NCBI GenBank assembly: GCA_052279835.1
Contig: CP181291.1
Span: 352,001-416,000 of the forward strand
DNA: 64,000 bases
DNA from: Microcoleus sp.
GTDB lineage: Bacteria > Cyanobacteriota > Cyanobacteriia > Cyanobacteriales > Microcoleaceae
Reading direction: 5' to 3'
The first letter of the stretch is position 1. Each line of letters starts with the position of its first letter. The notes beneath the pieces were generated by a model. The model saw only the letters and a program-made list of their open reading frames with translations. It did no database searches and was not told the DNA's origin. The translations under genes and the position numbers were made by a program. This document shows positions 41,414 through 50,678 of the stretch, one piece after another.

Positions 41414-42396
41414 GTGGTGCATCAATTCCTTATCATTTAAGAGCTAACAAGGCGATCGATCGCTATGCGTTTCTAGAATTACTTTCAAAATTAGATAGAT
41501 ACTCTAGTATTTTTCAGTATAAATACATCGGCTTCGGCGGACATTCTCTGGAAGATTTCAAATACATACATTCGAGATTCGGACTAGAAAATATGCTCTC
41601 AATCGAAGAATGTGCAGATGTCTATAATCGACAAAAATTTAACCTGCCGCATAGTTGTATTGATTGCCTTAAACAATCCAGCAGTCAATTTATAGATGAA
41701 TTTGAGAGAAAACAAGAAACTATTATTTGGCTAGATTACGTTAGACCATCTGAATTACGAACACAAATAGAGGAATTTCAGGCTACTATTAGCAAGCTGG
41801 ATATACTTGATATTATCAAAATCACGGTGAATTGTCATGCAGCATCCTATGTGCAATCTCAGCAAAGCATGAGTTCTTCAGACCTAAAAAATGCCAGAAT
41901 AAGTAAGTTAAAAACAGTTTTAGGAGATCTTTTTCCTCCGGCGGACGTAACAGTAGATATGATGACCGAAAAGAGGTTTTCAGAGGCACTATGTCTAGTA
42001 TTAAAGTACGCTGGTAATTTGGCAATGTTAGGGAAAACTGATATATATTTTCAACCTCTAACGGCTTTTTCGTATGCTGACGGACAACAAATGCTTACAG
42101 TTACAGGAATCATACTTGAGCTAAATGAAAAGCAAGGTTTCCTCGATAAAACAAATATAGACAAATGGGAACTTAGTAACATAGACTGGAAACCACCGCG
42201 ACGAATTAACGTACCAGACTTAACAATTAAAGAACGACTGTACATTGATTCCCTTTTGCCAAAATCTGAAGCAAAGACTATACAGAATGAGTTGGGTTTT
42301 TTATTTGATTCAAAAGAAAATTTATCGCTTGAAATGTTAGAAACTTATGTTCTTTTTTATCGTCAATCACCCTACTTCTCAAGGATAGTTTTTTAG
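41410..42396 (+). CDS. Putative SAM-dependent (O-)methyltransferase-fold protein
   Basis: YIGFGG..EDF glycine loop, SIE and IWLDY. ATGA overlap with the upstream ATPase. Confidence 0.65.
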   Translation: MSGASIPYHLRANKAIDRYAFLELLSKLDRYSSIFQYKYIGFGGHSLEDFKYIHSRFGLENMLSIEECADVYNRQKFNLPHSCIDCLKQSSSQFIDEFERKQETIIWLDYVRPSELRTQIEEFQATISKLDILDIIKITVNCHAASYVQSQQSMSSSDLKNARISKLKTVLGDLFPPADVTVDMMTEKRFSEALCLVLKYAGNLAMLGKTDIYFQPLTAFSYADGQQMLTVTGIILELNEKQGFLDKTNIDKWELSNIDWKPPRRINVPDLTIKERLYIDSLLPKSEAKTIQNELGFLFDSKENLSLEMLETYVLFYRQSPYFSRIVF

Positions 42397-42452
42397 ATAA
42401 GTAAAATATTTAAAACAATGGATGAGTAGACCCCGACACCTACCCACAAACT

Positions 42453-44318
42453 ATGCAACCCATCAAAATCACCACATTCCAAGCTTTGCGCCGCAGTCTG
42501 GGCCTCATAATCAAAGCCGCACCGATCGAACTCCGCAATTTAATCTTACTCAACATCGTTCGCGGTGCAGCCCCATCTGGCGTGCTATTTTTAGATAAAT
42601 TAATCATTGATGAAGTATCTCGGTTGCTGTCGCAAACCCAAACAGCACAACCCTTTGCTTTGATGCTTTCTCAGCCAATTTTGCTGTGGAGTATTGTGGG
42701 AGTCTTAAGCCTCAAATTAATCGGCGATTCCATCGATAGCATGAGTTCCTTTACAGTTACCTCTTTGCGCGATCGCCTTCAAGGCGCAGTTGAAGGAAAA
42801 GTTCTCGAAAAAGTCGCCAATTTCGACGATATCGCCCTGTTTGAAAACCCCGAATTATTAAATATTGTAGAACTCGCAAAAACCGGAGTATCTAAAGTAC
42901 AGCAACTAGCATTTACCCTCAGCATGACTATCACGGGAATTTTTATTTTTATTCCATCTGTCAGCATTGCTGCTGCTATAGCTTGGTGGGTGCCTCTGCT
43001 GATAGTAATTTCATCTATTCCCTCAATTTATATCGAAAGAAAATATACCAAAATCATCTGGAGAATTCAAAAAAAGCAAGCTAAAATCAGTCGCGAGATG
43101 AACTTGTCAGCTAGAGTGTTGACTGGCGAAGAATACGCTAAGGAATTGCGTTTGTTTGGCTTGCAAGAACTTTGGCTAAAACGCTGGCAAGGTCAGTTTG
43201 TGCAGTATTTTAGCGAGATGCAGGCAATTAGAAAAAAAGGAGCAATTGTTGTTCTGTTGTGGTCAATTATTAGTAGAATAGGAGTAGCTTTGCCCTTTGT
43301 TTATATAGTAATGGGAGCTTTGGGCCGGCGCTATACTTTGGGGGATTTGGCACTTTATTCGGGTTTGATTGTCCAGGTGGAACAAAGTTTGCAATTGCTG
43401 ATAGGGAATTACACTAATTTGTATGATATTTCTCTCAGCGTTACTCCGATTTTTCAATTGTTGGATCTCAAGCCGGAATTGCAATCTCCCCTTGGGGATG
43501 TGGCGTCTCGCCTGCCTAGTTTACCAGAGGGCGGGCAAGATGCCAGTGCCACAATAGATAAAATTGGGATCGAGATCCAGCATCTTTCTTTCTGCTATCC
43601 CGGTAGCACTAAAAACACAGTTACAGATATCAACTTAACGATTAATCCGGGTGAAATGCTTGTGCTTGTCGGTGAAAATGGTGCGGGTAAAACTACCCTT
43701 GGCAAACTCCTCGGCAGACTCTACGATCCTACTGAAGGCGCGATCGCCTGGAACAACAAAGATTTGCGATCGTACCCTCTAGCATACGTGCGATCGCGCA
43801 TCGCCGTCGTCATGCAAGATTACGCCCGTTTCCCCTCCACAGTCCGCGAAAACGTCGGTTTCGGCGACTTGCTTTCACTGTCGGATGACACCGCAATTAA
43901 TGAAGCTATTTCCGAAGCAGGAATTAGCGCAAAAGTCAATAGTCTTTCCGCAGGTTTAGAGACTCCGTTGGGGAAACAATTAGAAGACGGCATCGACTTA
44001 TCGGGGGGACAATGGCAGAGAATTGCGATCGCCCGTGCCTTAATGCGGCTTGACACCGCCGAAGTGCTGATTTTTGACGAACCAACCGCCGCCCTCGACC
44101 CCAAGACAGAACACGAAATTTACAGCATCTTCCGCCAAATAGCCGCCGGGAAAACCACAGTAGTCATCAGTCACAGATTGGGCTTAGCAAAAATAGCCGA
44201 TCGCATCGCCGTAATGGAAAACGGTAAAATAGCCGAAATTGGAACTCACGACGAATTGATAGCATCAAACGGAATTTACTGCTCAATGTTTACCCGTCAA
44301 GCCAGCAGCTATATTTAG
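42453..44318 (+). CDS. ABC transporter, fused permease/ATP-binding protein
   Basis: TM domain, Walker A GENGAGKT, LSGGQ, and DEPT. Confidence 0.94.
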   Translation: MQPIKITTFQALRRSLGLIIKAAPIELRNLILLNIVRGAAPSGVLFLDKLIIDEVSRLLSQTQTAQPFALMLSQPILLWSIVGVLSLKLIGDSIDSMSSFTVTSLRDRLQGAVEGKVLEKVANFDDIALFENPELLNIVELAKTGVSKVQQLAFTLSMTITGIFIFIPSVSIAAAIAWWVPLLIVISSIPSIYIERKYTKIIWRIQKKQAKISREMNLSARVLTGEEYAKELRLFGLQELWLKRWQGQFVQYFSEMQAIRKKGAIVVLLWSIISRIGVALPFVYIVMGALGRRYTLGDLALYSGLIVQVEQSLQLLIGNYTNLYDISLSVTPIFQLLDLKPELQSPLGDVASRLPSLPEGGQDASATIDKIGIEIQHLSFCYPGSTKNTVTDINLTINPGEMLVLVGENGAGKTTLGKLLGRLYDPTEGAIAWNNKDLRSYPLAYVRSRIAVVMQDYARFPSTVRENVGFGDLLSLSDDTAINEAISEAGISAKVNSLSAGLETPLGKQLEDGIDLSGGQWQRIAIARALMRLDTAEVLIFDEPTAALDPKTEHEIYSIFRQIAAGKTTVVISHRLGLAKIADRIAVMENGKIAEIGTHDELIASNGIYCSMFTRQASSYI

Positions 44319-44399
44319 TCATTAGTCAGCAGTCATCAGTCATTAGTTATTCATGCCCAATTCCCCATTCCCAATTCCCCATTCCCAATTCCCCAATGA

Positions 44400-44828
44400 C
44401 TATCTTCCAGTCAGCGTATCCGCATAAGGATCGGGCAAAGCTTGCTGCACTTCCAAAACTGACAAAGCATCCCCAGTCAACTTTGTACTGCTATTTAAAT
44501 AATTTTTTTTTACCCCATCACCCTTGCGATCGCGCTCTTGCAAATGAGATAATTCCTCTTGATAAACAGCCACAATTCGCGCCAAACTCGCAGCCAAATC
44601 ATCCCAATTATCATCCGTTCCTAACTTCTCAGAAATCCCCTCAAATAACTCTCCAGCTTGCCTTTTTTGCACGTAAGCTTTCAAAAGCTTTCCCGACTTT
44701 TGCAAAACCGCCTGATAAATGTCCCCATCAGACCACCACAGCCCCTGTTGACTCAGCAGCCAAGTCAAAATATACTCGCGAGCGTGTTGCTCCTTCACCC
44801 AGGCCGCGAGATACTGCAAATCTTCCAT
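44400..44828 (-). CDS. Hypothetical protein
   Basis: 142-aa ATG-initiated ORF preceded by an AGGAG RBS. Confidence 0.65.
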   Translation of the reverse strand: MEDLQYLAAWVKEQHAREYILTWLLSQQGLWWSDGDIYQAVLQKSGKLLKAYVQKRQAGELFEGISEKLGTDDNWDDLAASLARIVAVYQEELSHLQERDRKGDGVKKNYLNSSTKLTGDALSVLEVQQALPDPYADTLTGR

Positions 44829-45117
44829 AGTGACAGTCTCCTAACTTTTTTCTAAAATTTTGGCTAGTTTGTATCTACCGTTACTGCGATCGATTTAATA
44901 TCTGCTCTATTATCACCTACCGATCTCTTTAATATCCCTTAAATCTTAAAAAAACCCTACTGATTCACCAAACATCAATTTTTAGCATATAAAAATACAC
45001 TTAAACTGACATCAAGTCTATTGTTCGATACTTTCTGTCCACAGGAAAGCGCTAAACCCCGCCTCGCTTTCCTCTCTCGCAAACCTATCATCAAACGGAA
45101 CCAGCGGATTACTTAGC

Positions 45118-46572
45118 ATGACAAAGCAAAATTTTGGTTTAATCGGTCTAGCAGTGATGGGCGAAAACCTAGCCCTCAACGTCGAAAGCAGAGGCTTCTC
45201 TGTAGCTGTGTACAACCGCACAGGAGCTAAAACCGACGAATTCATGGCGAAACGCGCCCCCGGCAAAAACATTGTAGCCGCCAAGACTCTGACAGAATTC
45301 GTAGATGCCCTAGAAACCCCACGCCGCATCTTAGTAATGGTACAAGCTGGCAAACCAGTCGATGCAGTCATCGACCAGCTCAAACCCATGCTGTCACCGG
45401 GTGACATGATTATTGACGGCGGCAACTCCCTCTACGATGACACCGAACGTCGCACCAAAGATTTAGAAGCTGCGGGACTGGGATTTGTGGGCATGGGCAT
45501 CAGTGGCGGCGAAGAAGGCGCGCTGAATGGTGCTAGCTTGATGCCCGGTGGCACCCACGCTGCTTACGCCATACTAGAGCCAATTCTGACTAAAATTGCG
45601 GCTCAAGTAGATGACGGTCCCTGCGTCACATTCATTGGCCCTGGTGGCGCTGGTCACTACGTGAAGATGGTGCACAACGGGATTGAGTACGGGGATATGC
45701 AGCTTATTGCTGAAGCCTACGATTTGCTCAAAAACGTGGCTGGATTGGACGGTAAGCAGTTGCAGGAAGTTTTTGCCGAATGGAATACCACTGACGAACT
45801 CAACTCGTTTTTGATTGAAATTACGGCTAATATTTTCAAGTACATTGACTCGGAAACTAAGCAGCCCTTAGTTGAGGTGATTATGGATGCAGCGGGCCAA
45901 AAAGGTACTGGCCGCTGGACTGTAATGAGTGCTTTGGAATTGGGGGTGAGCATTCCGACAATTATTGCTGCTGTGAATGCCAGAATCATGTCTTCTTATA
46001 AGGCTGAGCGTGTCAAAGCTTCCCAAGAACTAACAGGGCCTAGCGCCAAGTATGAAGGCGATACTAAAGAGTTTGTCAACAAAGTTCGCGATGCTCTTTA
46101 CTGCTCCAAAATTTGCTCCTACGCGCAAGGCATGGCGCTGTTGAGCGCGGCCTCGAAGTCGTATAATTATGACCTTAGTTTGAGCGAAATTTCCCGGATT
46201 TGGAAGGGTGGCTGTATCATTCGGGCTGGCTTTTTGGATAAGATTAAAAAAGCTTTCAAGGACGATCCTGCATTGCCGAATTTGCTGTTAGCGCCGGAGT
46301 TTAAACAGAGTATTCTCGATCGCCAATCAGCTTGGCGGGAAGTGTTATCTACGGCTAGCCTGCTGGGTATCGCTGTACCGGCCTTCAGCGCGTCCCTGGA
46401 CTATTTCGATAGCTACCGCCGCGAAAGATTGCCGCAAAACCTGACGCAAGCGCAGCGGGATTATTTCGGGGCTCACACCTACGAGCGCATCGACAAGCCG
46501 CGCGGTGAATTCTTCCACTCTGAGTGGACGCAGGCTGCTCAAGAGTCGCTGCAAACTGGAACTACTGATTAA
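45118..46572 (+). CDS. gndA: 6-phosphogluconate dehydrogenase, decarboxylating
   Basis: GLAVMG, YNRT, KMVHNGIEYG, QKGTG and QAQRDYFGAH motifs. Confidence 0.97.
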   Translation: MTKQNFGLIGLAVMGENLALNVESRGFSVAVYNRTGAKTDEFMAKRAPGKNIVAAKTLTEFVDALETPRRILVMVQAGKPVDAVIDQLKPMLSPGDMIIDGGNSLYDDTERRTKDLEAAGLGFVGMGISGGEEGALNGASLMPGGTHAAYAILEPILTKIAAQVDDGPCVTFIGPGGAGHYVKMVHNGIEYGDMQLIAEAYDLLKNVAGLDGKQLQEVFAEWNTTDELNSFLIEITANIFKYIDSETKQPLVEVIMDAAGQKGTGRWTVMSALELGVSIPTIIAAVNARIMSSYKAERVKASQELTGPSAKYEGDTKEFVNKVRDALYCSKICSYAQGMALLSAASKSYNYDLSLSEISRIWKGGCIIRAGFLDKIKKAFKDDPALPNLLLAPEFKQSILDRQSAWREVLSTASLLGIAVPAFSASLDYFDSYRRERLPQNLTQAQRDYFGAHTYERIDKPRGEFFHSEWTQAAQESLQTGTTD

Positions 46573-46603
46573 TTAGTTTTTGTAGGGTGCGTTTCGGCGC
46601 ACC

Positions 46604-46883
46604 TTACGAATTTATCTGGGGTTGTAAATTGTTTTGACGTTTGTTTTTGAGATAGCTTTTAATATATTGGTCGTTAAAGAGCGATCGGGCGATCGTGAGT
46701 GCTTCTTCTCTTTCTGCGTCTGTCATGTAATCATCGCCTTTTAAACCTGATGGCGGGTGTCGGGGATCGCCGCCTGCATCGAGAAATCGCTGACGTGCGT
46801 TAGCGAAGCTTGGAGAAGAGGATCGCCATTAATTCTCCTAATCTGCGGTCTTGTTCTATTCTGATATCATGCGGTTTCGTCAT
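46604..46883 (-). pseudogene. Small hypothetical gene (85 aa when repaired), frameshifted by a 22-nt insertion in a HIP1 site
   Basis: Deleting 46800-46821 restores GCGATCGC and an open frame MTKPHDIRIEQDRRLGELMAIARQRFLDAGGDP...PQINS*. Confidence 0.7.
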
Positions 46884-46939
46884 AGTCTGCAAGCTCGTCT
46901 ATACGAACAATCTCGCCACTTTGTATTATAAACTATAGA

Positions 46940-47043
46940 TATAGCAATCCTAAATCATTTGTGAATTTCTTACTCCCTCCCCTTCATAAGGGGAGGGTTG
47001 GGGTGGGGTAAAAAACTTTACGACTCCTGCAAGGACTGCTATA
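46940..47043. mobile_element. ~104-bp MITE-like element with TA-ended terminal inverted repeats
   Basis: TATAGCAATCCT ... AGGACTGCTATA, with an internal C/G palindrome. Confidence 0.65.
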
Positions 47044-47066
47044 TCTCTTTAAATTAATGTAATTTT

Positions 47067-47552
47067 ATGAAACCTTTTCTAGTAAGAGCCGCTGCCATTG
47101 TCGGTGATATTGCAGCATTGGTATTTGAGACAATCAAAGAAGAAGAATCAAAAAAACTTTTATCAGACAGCGGTATTCTGGAAGTGGATGCAATGACTGG
47201 AAAAGAGTTTGAGAAGTTTCTAGAAATCCATTTTAGAAACTTTGGTTATAGTGTCACTTTAACTCAAGACAGTCAAGATTATGGTGCTGATTTAATTTTG
47301 TATAAAGACGGCTCTAAAACAGTAGTTCAAGCAAAAAGAAGCAAAAATCCAGTTGGTATTAAAGCAGTTCAAGAAGTAGCCGGAGCCGTCAGACATTACA
47401 AGGGAAATAAAGCCAGAGTCATCACCAATAACAGATTTACAGAAAATGCTTGCAAACTTGCCAAATCTAACGATGTAGAGTTATGGGATCGCAAAAAACT
47501 CATCGAGTTTATCCTGATAGCTAAGAATTCAGGAGTTATGCACTCCGACTAA
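47067..47552 (+). CDS. Mrr-type restriction endonuclease (Mrr_cat, type IV-like)
   Basis: MTGKEFE, DYGADL, VVQAKR, KAVQEV and ITNNRFT motifs. Confidence 0.88.
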   Translation: MKPFLVRAAAIVGDIAALVFETIKEEESKKLLSDSGILEVDAMTGKEFEKFLEIHFRNFGYSVTLTQDSQDYGADLILYKDGSKTVVQAKRSKNPVGIKAVQEVAGAVRHYKGNKARVITNNRFTENACKLAKSNDVELWDRKKLIEFILIAKNSGVMHSD

Positions 47553-47640
47553 AGAAACCGGGTTTTTACCGAATCTGCTGGCGGCAACCTGTGTATTTTG
47601 GTGAAAAACCCGGTTTCTCAACCCCCATGTTTAAGTCTTA
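47530..47640. repeat. Dispersed hairpin repeat, copy 3, overlapping the 3' end of the Mrr gene
   Basis: AAGAAACCGGGTTTTT...AAAAACCCGGTTTCT. Confidence 0.78.
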
Positions 47641-47671
47641 GACTAAGCTAAATTACATATATAAATCCATC

Positions 47672-48085
47672 ATGCTGCAAATTTCTAACACTGTGTTCAT
47701 TCCCGATCGCGAAATTGAGATTAGTGCGATTCGCTCTCAAGGCGCAGGAGGACAAAACGTAAATAAGGTGGCGAGTGCAATTCACCTGCGCTTTGATATC
47801 CCAGCATCCTCATTGCCCGATCGCTACAAAGAGCGTTTATTGCAACTCAGCGACAACCGCATTACCTCCGAAGGTGTGATTGTGATTAAAGCACAGGAAC
47901 ACCGCAGCCAAGAACAGAACAAGGAAGAAGCCTTAAAACGACTGCAAGAATTGATTAAAAGTGCGATCGTCATACCCAAAAGGCGCAAACCCAGCAAAGC
48001 AACTCGTAGTTCCCAACGCAAGCGTCTCGACAGCAAAACCAAGCGAGGGGAGATTAAAGCAATGAGAGGGAAAGTCACAGACTGA
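47672..48085 (+). CDS. arfB: Alternative ribosome rescue peptidyl-tRNA hydrolase ArfB
   Basis: [12 protein letters not shown] (GGQ), RSQEQN and a basic C-terminal tail. Confidence 0.95.
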   Translation: MLQISNTVFIPDREIEISAIRSQGAGGQNVNKVASAIHLRFDIPASSLPDRYKERLLQLSDNRITSEGVIVIKAQEHRSQEQNKEEALKRLQELIKSAIVIPKRRKPSKATRSSQRKRLDSKTKRGEIKAMRGKVTD

Positions 48086-48151
48086 GCGATAATATCAAAT
48101 TTTAATTATCATATAATTGTAGCTAAGTATTGTTAGTTTGAGGAAAGAGCA

Positions 48152-48397
48152 ATGACAACTACTGCAAGTAACGAGCCGACGCTAGCTGACGTTATTGAAA
48201 AGCTAGACAAGTTATTGACTGAAGTTGAGAAATTATCGATTGATGTTGAAAAAAAAAATAAAAAAACAGACAGATTTAATGACAAGTTCGATCGCTACCA
48301 AAAAGCTACCCAATGGGTTGTACAAATTTCATTTACTCTGATTGCAAGTGCTAGGATTTTTAGTCTTCTTTGGCTTTTTGACTGTTTTTTTAGTTAA
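48152..48397 (+). CDS. Small coiled-coil protein with hydrophobic C-terminus
   Basis: GAGG RBS, heptad pattern and hydrophobic tail. Confidence 0.6.
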   Translation: MTTTASNEPTLADVIEKLDKLLTEVEKLSIDVEKKNKKTDRFNDKFDRYQKATQWVVQISFTLIASARIFSLLWLFDCFFS

Positions 48398-48663
48398 CAA
48401 GGATATTGCTGTTTATCAAGAGATTCTAAAAATAATTATAATATTTGGCGGTGGTTTGGGAAGTGGTTTTGGATTAAAGGGCTATTTGGACAGAAAAAAT
48501 AAGTAACCTTTGCTTTTATTCGGGATTAAACTCAATTTTATAATCTGTGTAAGCGAGGTTATTAACAGTCAGCGGAAATAAGCCGATCGCCCAAACTCAC
48601 CAAACCCAACAAACCTACCAAACTCTAGCATATTCAGCGATCGCCTCACGCTATACTAATTTT

Positions 48664-48832
48664 CCACACACCGCATCACCCGATCGGGCAAAATTAAATA
48701 GCCCGATCGCAGATTGCAGAAACTGCATTCACCAAGGCACACTTTACTTATCGGTCATCGGTCGGTTATTTTTACTACAAACCCCACGGCTGGTGTGGGA
48801 AACTCCTCCGTCACACCAGCCCGGTTTTTTTT
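48664..48832 (+). ncRNA. Candidate sRNA, PsrR1 (SyR1)-like
   Basis: TATACT -10 at 48652. Terminal hairpin GGCTGGTGTG/CACACCAGCC with loop GGAAACTCCTCCGT, followed by a T-tract. Family resemblance is from recall only, and the 5' end is a guess. Confidence 0.5.
48788..48832 (+). terminator. Intrinsic terminator hairpin
   Basis: 10-bp GC-rich stem followed by T8. Confidence 0.75.
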
Positions 48833-48834
48833 AT

Positions 48835-48916
48835 ATTATTTGTTATTGGTTATTTGTTATTGGTTATTTGTTATTGGTTATTTGTTATTGGTTATTTGTT
48901 GTTGGTTATTTGTTAT
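48835..48916. repeat. Heptamer STRR (TTATTGG/TTATTTG)
   Basis: Directly visible; the same type occurs at 50603-50657. Confidence 0.88.
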
Positions 48917-48944
48917 TAATCAAATTATTAGATATATCGCATTT

Positions 48945-49066
48945 GGTGCATCTGTGTTTTGCAAATATATTCGTAGGGGCGAAGCATGACCGCTGTAAAT
49001 CTCTGGTTAACACTAATAAATTGTCTGCGGGAATGCTTCGCCTATGCAAAATCGGGATGCTCCCAT
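48945..49066. mobile_element. ~122-bp MITE-like element, copy A
   Basis: GGTGCATC...GATGCTCC ends; internal inverted repeat GCGAAGCATGACCGC. An inverted copy lies at 53287-53408. Confidence 0.75.
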
Positions 49067-49176
49067 CCCATTGAGTAGCAAAATATATCTTAAGGAATAA
49101 GACATCCAGCTTCTTATTCTGATATAATCATGCCACAAAATTTAAATTTAGTCAACTAAACCATTAAGAACTACCC

Positions 49177-49758
49177 GTGAGCAATCCACCAAAAATTCTC
49201 GCATTTGCCGGAAGTACCCGGACAGCATCTTATAACAAAATGCTGGTGAAAGTAGCAGCGACTGGGGCTAGAAATGCAGGGGCAGAAGTCACCTATATAG
49301 ATTTGCGAGATTTCCCAATGCCCCTATTTGATGAAGACTTAGAAGCAGCAGAAGGACTTCCTGACAATGTTCTAAAATTTAAAGAATTGATGATAGCACA
49401 TCAAGGACTTTTGATTGCTTCCCCAGAATACAACAGTTCCATTACCGCAGTGCTCAAAAATGCGATCGATTGGGCATCTCGCCCGCAACCCTCAGAAGCA
49501 GGGCTGGCTGCTTTCAACAATAAAGTAGCAGCCATTATGAGCGCTTCTCCCGGAGGTTTAGGAGGTATGCGGGGATTGGCTAATTTGCGATCGCTTTTGG
49601 AGAATATTAACGTCATGGTGATTCCAGATCAAAAAGCAATTCCCCAAGCTTTTCAAGCATTCAATCCTGATGGTACCCTGAAAGATGCCAAGCAACAGGA
49701 AGCCGTACAACATCTGGGTGGTAAACTTGCTGGAATATTGGGAAAACTCAGCGCCTAA
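49177..49758 (+). CDS. NAD(P)H-dependent FMN reductase
   Basis: GSTRTASYN, SPEYNSS..LKNAIDWASR and SASPGGLGG motifs. Confidence 0.93.
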   Translation: MSNPPKILAFAGSTRTASYNKMLVKVAATGARNAGAEVTYIDLRDFPMPLFDEDLEAAEGLPDNVLKFKELMIAHQGLLIASPEYNSSITAVLKNAIDWASRPQPSEAGLAAFNNKVAAIMSASPGGLGGMRGLANLRSLLENINVMVIPDQKAIPQAFQAFNPDGTLKDAKQQEAVQHLGGKLAGILGKLSA

Positions 49759-49766
49759 AAGAGTAT

Positions 49767-50603
49767 TTAATTTCCCAATTTTTTCTGCTTCCAAGCCTCC
49801 ACAAACGGCAAAAATATCGACACCAACTCCTGCCGATTCATCACCAAAGTCGGATAAGAAACTCTCGCGTAATTTTTCCCCACTTCCAGGGGGAAAATTG
49901 CCTGGGAATCCAGCGGTAGCCAAACCGCACCCGCAGCTTTCACAATTACCCAACTCCCAGCAATATCCCAAATTTTGGGAGTAGCTTCCACACCTCCCAA
50001 AACCGCACCCGAAGCCACAGTCAAAAAATTATAAGTAGCCATTCCCAACATCCGTACTTTGCTGGGAAGATGAGGCCCAATTCCCACACTACGGGAACAC
50101 AAATTAAACAAATGATTGCCACTCATTTTATCAGCACTAGGACGAATGGGCTTCCCATTTAAAAAAGCACCTTGTGGGATATCTGTCAAGAGATTTTTCT
50201 CGACAAAATCTCCGGCAAAAAAACCATGAAAAGTTTGACTCAGCGGTGGCAAATGTACGCAGCCAAAAACCGGAGTTCCGCGATACAATAAACCCAGAGA
50301 AATCCCCCAAATTGGAATTCCCCTAGCAAAATTAGTGGTAGCATCTACAGGGTCAACAATCCAACACCATTCAGTATCAGGGAAAACGTGTTCTCCCTCC
50401 TCGCTCAAGATACCATGACTGGGAAAAGTAGAGGCGATCGCACTTCTAATCTCCCCATCCGCCCAATTATCAGATTGCGTCACCAAACTCCCGTCATCCT
50501 TCTCATCGGCTTGCGTCGTACCAAAATCTTGTAACAACTGCTGTCCAACGCGATCGACAGTATCTTGTGCAAAACTTAAAATAGAATCCCAAAAATCTTT
50601 CAT
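49767..50603 (-). CDS. Inositol monophosphatase family protein
   Basis: SEEG, WIVDPVDATTNF and WDIAG motifs. Confidence 0.93.
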   Translation of the reverse strand: MKDFWDSILSFAQDTVDRVGQQLLQDFGTTQADEKDDGSLVTQSDNWADGEIRSAIASTFPSHGILSEEGEHVFPDTEWCWIVDPVDATTNFARGIPIWGISLGLLYRGTPVFGCVHLPPLSQTFHGFFAGDFVEKNLLTDIPQGAFLNGKPIRPSADKMSGNHLFNLCSRSVGIGPHLPSKVRMLGMATYNFLTVASGAVLGGVEATPKIWDIAGSWVIVKAAGAVWLPLDSQAIFPLEVGKNYARVSYPTLVMNRQELVSIFLPFVEAWKQKKLGN

Positions 50604-50678
50604 TGGTTATTGGTTATTTGTTATTAGTGATTTGTTATTGGTGATTTGTTATTGGTGACTGCTGCCAACTGCCAAACC

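Noticed and set aside
48714..49074. Hydrophobic small ORFs
   Set aside because: They are encoded by TTATTGG heptamer repeats and a MITE.
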